The position numbers and the translations under genes were made by a program. Below the pieces are notes generated by a model that saw only the letters and a program-made list of their open reading frames with translations, ran no database searches and was not told the origin of the DNA. A DNA stretch of 48,611 nucleotides from Dysgonamonadaceae bacterium (lineage in GTDB: Bacteria; Bacteroidota; Bacteroidia; Bacteroidales; Azobacteroidaceae), in assembly GCA_031263685.1 (NCBI GenBank), contig JAISFI010000019.1, positions 1-48,611 of the forward strand, in the 5' to 3' direction. Below, piece by piece: positions 34,471-43,309 of this stretch (position 1 is its first letter; each line of letters opens with the position of its first letter).

Positions 34471-35808
34471 CTAAATTACAAACAAAAAATGAAATACACA
34501 ACAACAAAAAGCGGATATAACATTTCCGTATAAATCAAACGATTGTGATGCCGATATTTTTACGGGATATATATTTCCTGTTTTTAAAGGTTTATCCTTT
34601 GAAACAAGGACTTCCGGATCGACTTCCGGAGAATCGTATGCCGTTCTTCCGACATAAAAATTTTCTTCTTCCCGGTCGATCATTACCTCGAATGTTTTTC
34701 CGATTTTTTCTTCGCTGATCGCTGTTGCAATTTCGGCTTGTAGGGTCATGAGTTCTTCCATTCTCTCCTGTTTAACTTCGGAAGGAGTATCATCTTTATA
34801 GTGCAAATTAGAATACGTAAATTCTTCGTCGGAATACGGAAATGCGCCTAATCTTTCGAAGCGGGTGGAGCGGACAAAATCAAGGAGTTCCCGAAAATCT
34901 TTTTCCGTTTCGCCCGGATGACCTACCAGCATGGTGGTACGCAGATGAATACCTGGGACCTCTTCCCTGATTTGCCGGATGAGTTCTATGGTTTGTTGCC
35001 GGCTGATGTTTCGGCGCATAAGCTTCAACATCGAGTCGCTGATATGTTGCAGTGCAATGTCCAAGTATTTACAGACATTATCCCGCTCGCGCATCACGCG
35101 AAGTAAATCCAGCGGGAAATGTGCCGGATAGGCATAATGTAAGCGTATCCATTCCACTCCCGGTACGTCGGAAATTTTTTCTACCAGTTCAGGAAGTGCA
35201 AATTTCCGATATTTATCCTGTCCGTAATAGGTTAAATCCTGTGCGATTAATTGAAATTCTTTCACTCCCTGCTTCCGAAGATTTTTTACTTCATCCACAA
35301 TCTCATCCATGTCTTTGGATTGATATTTTCCGGTGATGATGGGAATGGCGCAATAAGAACAGGTACGGTCGCAGCCTTCTGCTATTTTCAGGTAGGCGTA
35401 GTGAGGAGGAGTTGTCAAGATTCTTTCGGTGGACAATTCGCGGTGGTAAGACTTTCCGAGATCGGTAATCAACGCTTTCCAGTTGAATTTGCCGTAAAAT
35501 TTATCGACCTCTGGAATTTCATTCCGAAGTTCATGAAAATACCGTTCGGACAGACAACCCATTACAAAGAGTTTGCCGATTTTTTTCTTTTTCCGTGCAG
35601 CGGCAAAGTGGAGAATCATATCAATGGATTCTTCTTTTGCGTCTCCGATAAAGCCACAGGTATTGATGATAATAATATCACCGTCGGGATGTTCCGAATC
35701 ATGAGAAACCGTATAACCGTTGGCGACAAATTGCCGCATCAAAGATTCCGAATCTACCAGGTTTTTGGAACAACCCAGTGTAATGATATCTACATGATTT
35801 TTTTTCAT
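34471..35808 (-). CDS. rimO: Ribosomal protein S12 methylthiotransferase RimO (radical SAM)
   Basis: 445 aa. It has N-terminal LGCSKNLVDSE, the radical-SAM motif CDRTCSYCAIP, and a C-terminal TRAM domain. It has an ATGA overlap with the ftsY stop. Confidence 0.85.
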   Translation of the reverse strand: MKKNHVDIITLGCSKNLVDSESLMRQFVANGYTVSHDSEHPDGDIIIINTCGFIGDAKEESIDMILHFAAARKKKKIGKLFVMGCLSERYFHELRNEIPEVDKFYGKFNWKALITDLGKSYHRELSTERILTTPPHYAYLKIAEGCDRTCSYCAIPIITGKYQSKDMDEIVDEVKNLRKQGVKEFQLIAQDLTYYGQDKYRKFALPELVEKISDVPGVEWIRLHYAYPAHFPLDLLRVMRERDNVCKYLDIALQHISDSMLKLMRRNISRQQTIELIRQIREEVPGIHLRTTMLVGHPGETEKDFRELLDFVRSTRFERLGAFPYSDEEFTYSNLHYKDDTPSEVKQERMEELMTLQAEIATAISEEKIGKTFEVMIDREEENFYVGRTAYDSPEVDPEVLVSKDKPLKTGNIYPVKISASQSFDLYGNVISAFCCCVFHFLFVI

Positions 35809-36758
35809 TCTCCGAAAAGAGAATCTACGAATGTTTTTTTATGGAAAATCTGCAGATCTTCCATACCTTCTCCCAAGCCAATATATTTAACCGGTACTTT
35901 GAAGTGGTCGGAAATGCCGATCACTACACCGCCTTTGGCCGTGCCATCCAGTTTGGTTATTGCCAAGGCATTGACTTCCGTTGCGGCGGTGAATTGTTTG
36001 GCCTGTTCAAAAGCATTCTGGCCGGTAGATCCATCCAGCACCAGCAATATTTCATGCGGTGTATCCGGGATAACCTTTTTCATGACGTTTTTGATTTTGG
36101 TCAATTCGTTCATCAGTCCGATTTTATTGTGCAATCGTCCTGCGGTATCAATAATTACGACATCCGCATCATTTGCTTTGGCCGATGTCAGAGTGTCGAA
36201 AGCGACAGATGCCGGGTCCGATCCCATTTGCTGTTTGATGACAGGCACCCCTACCCTTTCTCCCCAGACGACTAACTGTTCCACTGCTGCTGCGCGGAAA
36301 GTATCAGCAGCGCCTAAGTAAACTTTTTGACCGGCTTTCTTATATTGGTAAGCTAATTTCCCGATGGTCGTCGTTTTTCCAACGCCATTGACACCGACAA
36401 CCATTATTACATAAGGTTTCTTATGGGTCGGGATTTCAAAACTGTCTTCGCTGTCGGGATTGTTTTCTGTTAGTAAGGCTGCAATTTCTTCTCTCAGTAT
36501 TGCGGTTAATTCGCTTGTATTAATGTATTTATCTTTAGCAACCCGTTTTTCAATCCTGGAGATAATCTTCAGCGTAGTATCTACTCCTACGTCGGAAGTA
36601 ATCAGCACTTCCTCCAATTCGTCCAGTATATCATCGTCAATCTTTGACTTACCGGCAATGGCGCGACCAAGCTTTGAAAATACACTTTCTTTCGTCTTGG
36701 AGAGACCTTTGTCTAAAGTTTCTTTTTTCTCTTTTGAAAACAAATTGAAAATTCCCAT
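35805..36758 (-). CDS. ftsY: Signal recognition particle receptor FtsY
   Basis: The track start at 36827 is upstream. The ATG at 36758 gives MGIFNLFSKEKKETLDKGL... The NG domain shows VGVNGVGKTTTIGKLA, DTAGR and TKLDGTAKGG. Confidence 0.9.
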   Translation of the reverse strand: MGIFNLFSKEKKETLDKGLSKTKESVFSKLGRAIAGKSKIDDDILDELEEVLITSDVGVDTTLKIISRIEKRVAKDKYINTSELTAILREEIAALLTENNPDSEDSFEIPTHKKPYVIMVVGVNGVGKTTTIGKLAYQYKKAGQKVYLGAADTFRAAAVEQLVVWGERVGVPVIKQQMGSDPASVAFDTLTSAKANDADVVIIDTAGRLHNKIGLMNELTKIKNVMKKVIPDTPHEILLVLDGSTGQNAFEQAKQFTAATEVNALAITKLDGTAKGGVVIGISDHFKVPVKYIGLGEGMEDLQIFHKKTFVDSLFGE

Positions 36759-36796
36759 GAAAATACTTTTAAGATGAAACACATTTAGTCTGAACG

Positions 36797-36842
36797 AAAA
36801 AAAGAACTTTCTCCCAATAAAAATCATTGAAAGAAAGTTCCT
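36797..36842 (-). terminator. Intrinsic terminator after rpmB-rpmG-DUF4295
   Basis: GAACTTTCT (36804-36812) pairs with AGAAAGTTC (36832-36840). On the minus strand the stem is followed by TTTTTTT (36797-36803). The loop is 19 nt. Confidence 0.6.
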
Positions 36843-36884
36843 TTAAATTTAGTCTTTCTATATAACTAATATTCCGAGTGTTGA

Positions 36885-37040
36885 CTATTTTGAGAAATAG
36901 TCCTTTACAGCATCATTAGGTACCATTTCTTCTTTAAAAGAATAAGCGCCGGTTTTCGGAGATTTAACCATCTTAATCACCTTGGAATAAGAACGGCCTT
37001 CCGATTTTTCTCGATATCCTGCTACGGTTTTCTTTGCCAT
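36885..37040 (-). CDS. DUF4295 small protein (conserved partner of L28/L33 in Bacteroidetes)
   Basis: Not in the track because it is only 51 aa. Manual translation gives MAKKTVAGYREKSEGRSYSKVIKMVKSPKTGAYSFKEEMVPNDAVKDYFSK*. Its start lies 12 nt downstream of the rpmG stop. Confidence 0.75.
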   Translation of the reverse strand: MAKKTVAGYREKSEGRSYSKVIKMVKSPKTGAYSFKEEMVPNDAVKDYFSK

Positions 37041-37052
37041 GACTTATGTTAT

Positions 37053-37241
37053 TTATTTGATTTCTTTGTGAACAGTCATTCTTTTCAAGATCGAATTGTA
37101 TTTTTTCAACTCCAATCTTGCTGTTGTATTCTTTCTGTTTTTAGTTGTGATATAGCGAGAAGTACCCGGCATACCACTTTCCTTGTGTTCTGTACATTCA
37201 AGGATTACTTGCACCCTGTTTCCTTTTGCTTTTTTTGCCAT
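37053..37241 (-). CDS. rpmG: 50S ribosomal protein L33
   Basis: 62 aa: [62 protein letters not shown]. Confidence 0.95.
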   Translation of the reverse strand: MAKKAKGNRVQVILECTEHKESGMPGTSRYITTKNRKNTTARLELKKYNSILKRMTVHKEIK

Positions 37242-37262
37242 TATTAGAGCCTCCTTATTATA

Positions 37263-37502
37263 TTATGCGTTTAAGTAACCTTTTTCGGCTGCTTTTTTAA
37301 TGGCAGCATCCAAACCGATTTTGTTAATGATTCGCAATCCGGCCGCTGAAATATTCAAACTCACCCATGTGTCCTGTTCTACCCAGTAAAACTTCTTAGA
37401 AAACAAGTTTACATTAAATTTTCTTTTCGTCTTGGCGTTTGAATGGGAAACATTGTTACCAACGATTGCTTTTTTTCCTGTTATTTGACAAACTTTTGAC
37501 AT
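37263..37502 (-). CDS. rpmB: 50S ribosomal protein L28
   Basis: 79 aa: [33 protein letters not shown].... Confidence 0.95.
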   Translation of the reverse strand: MSKVCQITGKKAIVGNNVSHSNAKTKRKFNVNLFSKKFYWVEQDTWVSLNISAAGLRIINKIGLDAAIKKAAEKGYLNA

Positions 37503-37681
37503 TGCTATATTTTTATATTAAAACAAATCTCAATAATGTTATATTACTTACTTAACGAAATGATACTCAATGGATTTTATTTACTTCTATTGTTAAAATA
37601 CATTTCGGTCGCAATTCAGGGCGCAAAGTAACGGATTTTTTTTCGATATACCAAATAAACGGGGAGCATTTTTTGGGGATA

Positions 37682-38497
37682 TCATATTTTGCGGATGACA
37701 TGCAGGGGTATTTTCCCGATTTTCGCAGCAAGTGCGGAGTAGGTACTGTTGTAAGAGCCATATATTTTTTGAGTTGCAGCTAGGGTATATAACTCTAATA
37801 ATGCATTGATGATTCCTTGTTCTGAGGCTCTCTCGGTTTTTTGTGAGGAGGTGATGATTTTATCACTGAAGATTTGTTGGAGTTGTTGCTTTTCCTGCTC
37901 GGAATCCGAAGCGAGGTAAAAAACTGTGGATGGATGAGTTGCCGTATCTTGCCTCATTTTTTTAATGAAAAGGTGTGTTGGACTTTCTGTAATGGATTTT
38001 TCGTTGTCGCTACGGCGGATGTGGACGCCAACGACTGTTTTGTTGGTAAACGTGGCAGTTTGTTCGTCAATTTGGCGTTGGATGTCGGGGATGGGTTTCA
38101 GGCTGTCGAACATTCCGTCCCATTCGTAAAAGAGGGAACAGGAGATTAAATGTATTGATTGGCATGAATGGAGGGCTTCGGTGAGGGAATATAGCGTAGC
38201 CGTGGTTTTAAATTCGCTGATTCGTACGTCGTGAACGAATCGTTGCCAAAGAGCTGGAATCCAGAGATTTCCCAAGCGAGGTTTATCGTAGAGGCGATGA
38301 TACCACTTGGCGTCTATAATTTCAACATTTTTAATTGTGTGATTGAGGGTAAGGATGTGGTGAAAATCGGCGCCCATTCCCCAGTCTTTGAACCAGAAGA
38401 CGCGGAGGCGGATCTTATTATCGCGACAGAAACCGATGGCGGAAGAGATTGTATTGATGCGGTTGGCGAGGCCGCCAGTGGGAATGATGGTCAGCAT
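37682..38497 (-). CDS. Putative glycosyltransferase, fucosyltransferase-like (GT11/GT23-type motifs)
   Basis: 271 aa. The N-terminal PTGGLANRI and central VGVHIRRSDN resemble the GGLGNQ and HIRRGD motifs of alpha-1,2-fucosyltransferase-like enzymes. The assignment is weak. Confidence 0.4.
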   Translation of the reverse strand: MLTIIPTGGLANRINTISSAIGFCRDNKIRLRVFWFKDWGMGADFHHILTLNHTIKNVEIIDAKWYHRLYDKPRLGNLWIPALWQRFVHDVRISEFKTTATLYSLTEALHSCQSIHLISCSLFYEWDGMFDSLKPIPDIQRQIDEQTATFTNKTVVGVHIRRSDNEKSITESPTHLFIKKMRQDTATHPSTVFYLASDSEQEKQQLQQIFSDKIITSSQKTERASEQGIINALLELYTLAATQKIYGSYNSTYSALAAKIGKIPLHVIRKI

Positions 38498-38868
38498 GAT
38501 TATTATTTATCGGTGATAATTTTAATCTTTTTCGTTAATTCAAATATGATGAATTATTTATTCAACTTTCACAAGTAGTACAACCAGCTGATTAGTAATA
38601 AAAAGTAGCATTATGCTTTTTTTAATCACTTATATTTAGAGAACTTGTGTTACAAAGCAAAAAATAAATACAAAGTGACAAAAGTAGTACATTTATTTTA
38701 AAAACAAAAAGAATTTTCAGTCTAAAAAGCAATAGCAGGTTGCATTTACTAATTGAACTTACCAATGCACAAAACCACACCGCACAAAATATAACACACA
38801 GCCTGATAAAAATTGGCACACATATTGCCTTTCCTCCTCCATACTATTATTAATGAGTATTAAAAGAG

Positions 38869-41241
38869 ATGACTGACAATTTTACAGAATTTACGGATAT
38901 AATTATCAATACAGATGATACTCCGACGAGAGATTTAGAAGCAGAACTCCCATTATTACCCCTGAGAAACATGATTTTTTTGCCGGGTACGCCAATACCG
39001 GTAAACGTAAGTCGTTCTAAATCTATCAAACTGGTTCGCGATATGCAGCGAAAAAACGGCTTGTTGGGTACTGTTTGTCAAAAAAATCCGGAACAAAATG
39101 ATCCCGTACAGGAAGATTTTTTTCAGGTGGGAGTTATTGCCAAGATTATCAATATTATTGATGAAGGAACCGATAGTGTCACCGTTTTGTTGCAGGGAAC
39201 CGATAGATTTCGCTTGGACTCCATTATCGCTACAGAGCCTTACTTGAAAGCGTCTTACACGATCTTGAAAGATATTCTTCCTAAAAAAGGCGACAAAGTT
39301 GTGGCTGCTCAGATGACCAACATTAAAGAGATGACTTTTCACATGCTTTCCGTGAAGATTAATCCACCGGCATTTGTATTGGAATCCATGAGGAAGACGA
39401 AAGACGATAGCTATATCATCAATCTGGCTTTGACGACGTTAGATGTTTCTCCCATCCAAAAGTACCCAGTGTTGGAAGCCGATAACCTCAGTGAACGCCT
39501 GAATTTATTACTCTCTTTGTTGGATCACGAAGTCCAGTTTCTGGAAATTCGGGAATCTGTGCGCAAAAAGACACAGATAGAAATTAACAAACAACAGCGG
39601 GAATATTTCCTCAAACAGGAAATGAAAAACATCCAGGAAGCTTTGGGTGGAAACACCAACGACGTGGAAGTCCAGGAATTATGGAAAAAAGCTGCCCAAA
39701 TGAAATTGCCAGAAGAAGCCCGCAGCATCTTTGAAAAAGAATTGAAGAAGTTAGAGCGAATACATCCGCAGGCGCCGGATTATTCCATGCAACTTACTTA
39801 TGTGCAGACAATCACAGACCTTCCTTGGTTAAGCTATACTTCAGATCATTTTAATATTAAACGGGCACAAACAGTCTTGGACAGGGATCATTTTGGCTTG
39901 GAAAAAGTGAAAGAACGAATATTGGAACATTTGGCAGTCCTGAAATTGAAAGGAGATTTGAAATCGCCCATCATCTGCCTTTGCGGCCCTCCGGGCGTTG
40001 GAAAGACTTCATTAGGAAAATCTGTAGCCGAAGCCTTGAAAAGGAAATATATTCGCTTGTCTTTAGGCGGATTACATGATGAAGCAGAGATCAGAGGACA
40101 TCGCCGTACATATATCGGATCAATGCCCGGACGTATCATCCAGGGAATCAAGAAAGCCGGATCTTCCAATCCCGTCATGATCCTGGACGAGATAGATAAA
40201 GTGGGTAATGATTACAAAGGAGATCCTTCCGCCGCTTTATTGGAAGTGTTGGATCCTGAACAAAACGTGGCCTTTCATGATAATTATTTGGATATAGATT
40301 ACGATCTTTCCAAAGTATTGTTTATCGCAACCGCGAATACGTTGAGTACCATTGCACAACCCTTGCTGGACAGAATGGAAATCATAGACATCAGCGGATA
40401 TATATTGGAAGAGAAAATTGAAATCGGCAAAAAATATCTGCTCCCCAAACAAATGGAAAATCATGGAATTCCGAAGAAAGCTTTTGACATCCCTAAAAAG
40501 ACAATGGAAGTCATTATTGAATCTTATACCCGTGAATCGGGAGTTCGGGAGTTAGACAAGAAAATTGCTAAAATCATGCGGAAAATTGCTCGGAAAATCG
40601 CAGGGGTAGAAGAATATTCAAAATCTCTGGCAGTAGAAGAATTACGCGAATACTTGGGTATAAAAGAATACTCCAAAGATAAGTACCAGGGCAATGATTA
40701 TCCGGGTGTTGTGACCGGCTTGGCTTGGACATCGGTAGGTGGAGAAATCCTTTTTGTAGAGTCTGCTTTAAGTAAAGGAAAAGACGGGAAATTGACGATT
40801 ACCGGAAATTTAGGAGATGTAATGAAAGAGTCTGCCATTTTGGCATTAGAATACATCAAATCTCATAGCGCCTTGTTAGGTTTGGACGAGAAAACCATCG
40901 AAAATAATAATATTCATTTGCATGTTCCGGAAGGAGCTACTCCTAAAGATGGTCCATCGGCCGGTATCACGATGGTAACATCTATGGTATCTGCGCTAAC
41001 ACAACGCAAAGTAAAACCGCATCTGGCTATGACAGGCGAAATTACGTTACGTGGAAAAGTCTTACCCATTGGAGGTATCAAAGAAAAAATATTAGCTGCC
41101 AAACGCGCCGGTATCAAAGAAATTATTTTGTGCGAAGACAACAAAAAACACGTAGAAGAAATTAACGAACTGTATTTGAGAGGTTTGCAATTTATTTACG
41201 TAAAAGAGATAAAAGATGTTGTAAAACATGCTTTGATATAA
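38869..41241 (+). CDS. lon: ATP-dependent Lon protease (LonA)
   Basis: 790 aa. It has an N-terminal LON substrate-binding domain, Walker A GPPGVGKTS, Walker B ILDEIDK, and a protease domain with PKDGPSAG (Ser) and a downstream Lys. Confidence 0.95.
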   Translation: MTDNFTEFTDIIINTDDTPTRDLEAELPLLPLRNMIFLPGTPIPVNVSRSKSIKLVRDMQRKNGLLGTVCQKNPEQNDPVQEDFFQVGVIAKIINIIDEGTDSVTVLLQGTDRFRLDSIIATEPYLKASYTILKDILPKKGDKVVAAQMTNIKEMTFHMLSVKINPPAFVLESMRKTKDDSYIINLALTTLDVSPIQKYPVLEADNLSERLNLLLSLLDHEVQFLEIRESVRKKTQIEINKQQREYFLKQEMKNIQEALGGNTNDVEVQELWKKAAQMKLPEEARSIFEKELKKLERIHPQAPDYSMQLTYVQTITDLPWLSYTSDHFNIKRAQTVLDRDHFGLEKVKERILEHLAVLKLKGDLKSPIICLCGPPGVGKTSLGKSVAEALKRKYIRLSLGGLHDEAEIRGHRRTYIGSMPGRIIQGIKKAGSSNPVMILDEIDKVGNDYKGDPSAALLEVLDPEQNVAFHDNYLDIDYDLSKVLFIATANTLSTIAQPLLDRMEIIDISGYILEEKIEIGKKYLLPKQMENHGIPKKAFDIPKKTMEVIIESYTRESGVRELDKKIAKIMRKIARKIAGVEEYSKSLAVEELREYLGIKEYSKDKYQGNDYPGVVTGLAWTSVGGEILFVESALSKGKDGKLTITGNLGDVMKESAILALEYIKSHSALLGLDEKTIENNNIHLHVPEGATPKDGPSAGITMVTSMVSALTQRKVKPHLAMTGEITLRGKVLPIGGIKEKILAAKRAGIKEIILCEDNKKHVEEINELYLRGLQFIYVKEIKDVVKHALI

Positions 41242-41257
41242 AAAAATAACGAAAAAA

Positions 41258-41288
41258 TTTGCTATGTAGCGGAAATGCCTTACCTTTG
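41258..41288 (+). promoter_or_regulatory. Candidate sigma-A promoter for the thioredoxin-fold gene
   Basis: TTTG (41258-41261), a 19-nt spacer, then TAccTTTG (41281-41288). This predicts a ~105-nt leader before the ATG at 41400. Confidence 0.5.
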
Positions 41289-41399
41289 CCGCCGCTAAGT
41301 AAAAAACTAGCAAACACTATTCACAGAATAGCGTTTGTACTCTTGAAAATCAAGGGGTTCGTGCATGCACGAATAGAGTATTTACCAAAATTTATCTTT

Positions 41400-41879
41400 A
41401 TGAAGTATGTAAAGCGTATGCTCTTGATCGTAGTTGTTTTCATGATAATGGCAAATACGAAGAGAAACGCGAAAATTTCCGAGGGCATTACCCCCGGAAG
41501 TCGAGTACCGGAAATACATCATCCGCATCTTTCGTTGACAGGCAAGTATACTCTACTGCAATTTTGGGCAACTTACGATGCCACTTCGCGAGCCAACAAT
41601 GCACTGATAACAAATCGGTTATCTCAAATCGCTCACAAAAATGTACAGATGATTTCCGTATCTTTCGATGAAAAAGTTTCTGTATTTGAAGAAACTTTAA
41701 AAGTTGACAAGCTGGATCTCTCTACCCAATTCAATATCCCACAGGGTAGAAAATCTGAAATCTTTAAAAATTTCCGTTTATCGGATGGGTTTGGAAATAT
41801 GTTGATAGATCCTCATGGGGTGATATTGGCTGTAAATATTTCGCTCGATGAACTCCGGGAAGCATTGAATGTAATTTAA
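41400..41879 (+). CDS. TlpA/thioredoxin-fold protein lacking the CXXC active site
   Basis: The track start at 41259 lies over the promoter and leader. The ATG at 41400 gives MKYVKRMLLIVVVFMIMAN..., a signal/anchor. LLQFWATYDATSRA aligns to the FWASWCGPCRA redox motif with both Cys replaced (D and S). Confidence 0.55.
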   Translation: MKYVKRMLLIVVVFMIMANTKRNAKISEGITPGSRVPEIHHPHLSLTGKYTLLQFWATYDATSRANNALITNRLSQIAHKNVQMISVSFDEKVSVFEETLKVDKLDLSTQFNIPQGRKSEIFKNFRLSDGFGNMLIDPHGVILAVNISLDELREALNVI

Positions 41880-41894
41880 TGTTTGCCGGAATTG

Positions 41895-41937
41895 AGCAGG
41901 AGGAAAGCGAAGCTGTTTTCTTCCTGTTCAATTTTAA
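41895..41937 (+). terminator. Candidate intrinsic terminator
   Basis: GAGCAGGAGGAAA (41895-41907) pairs with TTTCTTCCTGTTC (41918-41930): 13 bp including two G-U pairs, with a 10-nt loop. AATTTTA follows, a weak U-tract. Confidence 0.5.
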
Positions 41938-42016
41938 ATAATAGTTGAGTTTCTTTTTCCGTTTTTCAAGAAAATACTTTACATTTGCGCTAAATTTATT
42001 ATTCAAGTTTCAAGTT

Positions 42017-42607
42017 ATGGCAAAAAAACGAGTGAAGCTGAGCGTTATTGGAATAACTTTTAGCCAGATTCAAGCAGGAGCCTATGCTTTAATATTGGAA
42101 GAAGAAGGAGGTGCACGACGTATCCCTATCATTATCGGTACACCGGAAGCTCAGTCGATAGCGATACGTTTAGAAGGGCTTCATCCACCACGTCCGTTGA
42201 CTCACGATATATTCATTTCTTTTATGCAATCCTTTGATATTCAGTTGAAAGAAGTTTTTATTCATAAATTTGAGGATGGTGTATTTTTTTCCAATATGCT
42301 TTTTGTCGGAGAAAAAAAGGTAGTATTAGATGCCCGTACCTCCGATGCAATTTCCATTGCTATTCGCTATGATGCGCCGATTTATACAACAGAAGACATT
42401 GTTCTCGAAGCCGGTATTGTCATGGAGGACGCCGAATATGACATTTCAGAAGACGTGTATACATTCGATTCACAAAAAAAAGTTAAATCCCTGGAAGATA
42501 AAACAAAAGAGGAATTGCAATCTCATCTGAACGAAGCTATTGCTGCAGAAGATTATGAAGCTGCATCCCGTATCAGGGATGAAATGAGTAGACGTTTCTC
42601 CAAATAA
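42017..42607 (+). CDS. Bifunctional nuclease (BFN/DUF151) domain protein with C-terminal UVR motif
   Basis: The track start is 41945. The ATG at 42017 gives MAKKRVKLSVIGITFSQIQAGAYALILEEEGGARRIPIIIGTPEAQSIAI...PRPLTHD, the BFN domain. The C-terminal LNEAIAAEDYEAASRIRDEM is a UvrB/C-type motif. A TAcaTTTG -7 box sits at 41980-41987. Confidence 0.8.
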   Translation: MAKKRVKLSVIGITFSQIQAGAYALILEEEGGARRIPIIIGTPEAQSIAIRLEGLHPPRPLTHDIFISFMQSFDIQLKEVFIHKFEDGVFFSNMLFVGEKKVVLDARTSDAISIAIRYDAPIYTTEDIVLEAGIVMEDAEYDISEDVYTFDSQKKVKSLEDKTKEELQSHLNEAIAAEDYEAASRIRDEMSRRFSK

Positions 42608-42613
42608 AAACAG

Positions 42614-43309
42614 ATGCATATTTTTTATACTCCTGCTATTCAGGAATCTGCGATACTCCCGGAAGAAGAGGCTAAACACTGCCTTCGGGTCTTGCGCTTG
42701 ACTGTTGGCGCCGAAGTGCTGCTAACAGACGGCGCCGGTTTTTTCTATAAAGCCGTGCTGCTTCAGGAAAATGTGAAACATTGTTTCGTGGAAATTCGAG
42801 AAACGATCTCTGCTCCATTGCCCTGGAAAAACAAAATTCATATAGCCATCGCGCCAACAAAACAGATTGAGCGTATCGAATGGTTTGCCGAAAAGGCGAC
42901 AGAAATAGGGATCAATGAAATATCTTTCCTGCAATGCCGGTTTTCCGAAAGAAAAGAATTGAATACCGAAAGAGTAAAAAAAATCCTTATTTCGGCCATG
43001 AAGCAATCTCAAAAAACGGTATTGCCGGTTTTGAATAAGATACAGTCATTCAAGCAATTCATCTCTCAACCTTTTGAAGGACAGAAATTTATCGCCCATT
43101 GTCATCCGGATCAAAAAGAAAGCTTGAAAACTGTTTATACTCCCGGATCCGATGCTTTAGTCTTGATAGGTCCGGAAGGCGACTTTAGCAAAGAAGAGGT
43201 ATCCGAAGCAAAAAACATGGGCTTTGTACCCGTTTCATTAGGCGAAAGTCGCTTGCGAACAGAAACTGCGGCTTTGGTAGCCTGCCATACCTTACATCTA
43301 ATTTACTGA
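42614..43309 (+). CDS. rsmE: 16S rRNA (uracil1498-N3)-methyltransferase RsmE
   Basis: 231 aa: MHIFY...EEAKHCLRVLRL..GAEVLLTDG, LIGPEGDFSKEEV, VSLGESRLRTETAAL. Confidence 0.9.
   Translation: MHIFYTPAIQESAILPEEEAKHCLRVLRLTVGAEVLLTDGAGFFYKAVLLQENVKHCFVEIRETISAPLPWKNKIHIAIAPTKQIERIEWFAEKATEIGINEISFLQCRFSERKELNTERVKKILISAMKQSQKTVLPVLNKIQSFKQFISQPFEGQKFIAHCHPDQKESLKTVYTPGSDALVLIGPEGDFSKEEVSEAKNMGFVPVSLGESRLRTETAALVACHTLHLIY

Noticed and set aside
38622-38819. A 65-aa ORF in the GT-like/lon divergent spacer.
   Set aside because: It lies in AT-rich intergenic DNA, its product is a hydrophobic low-complexity peptide, and it has no promoter context. It is likely spurious.
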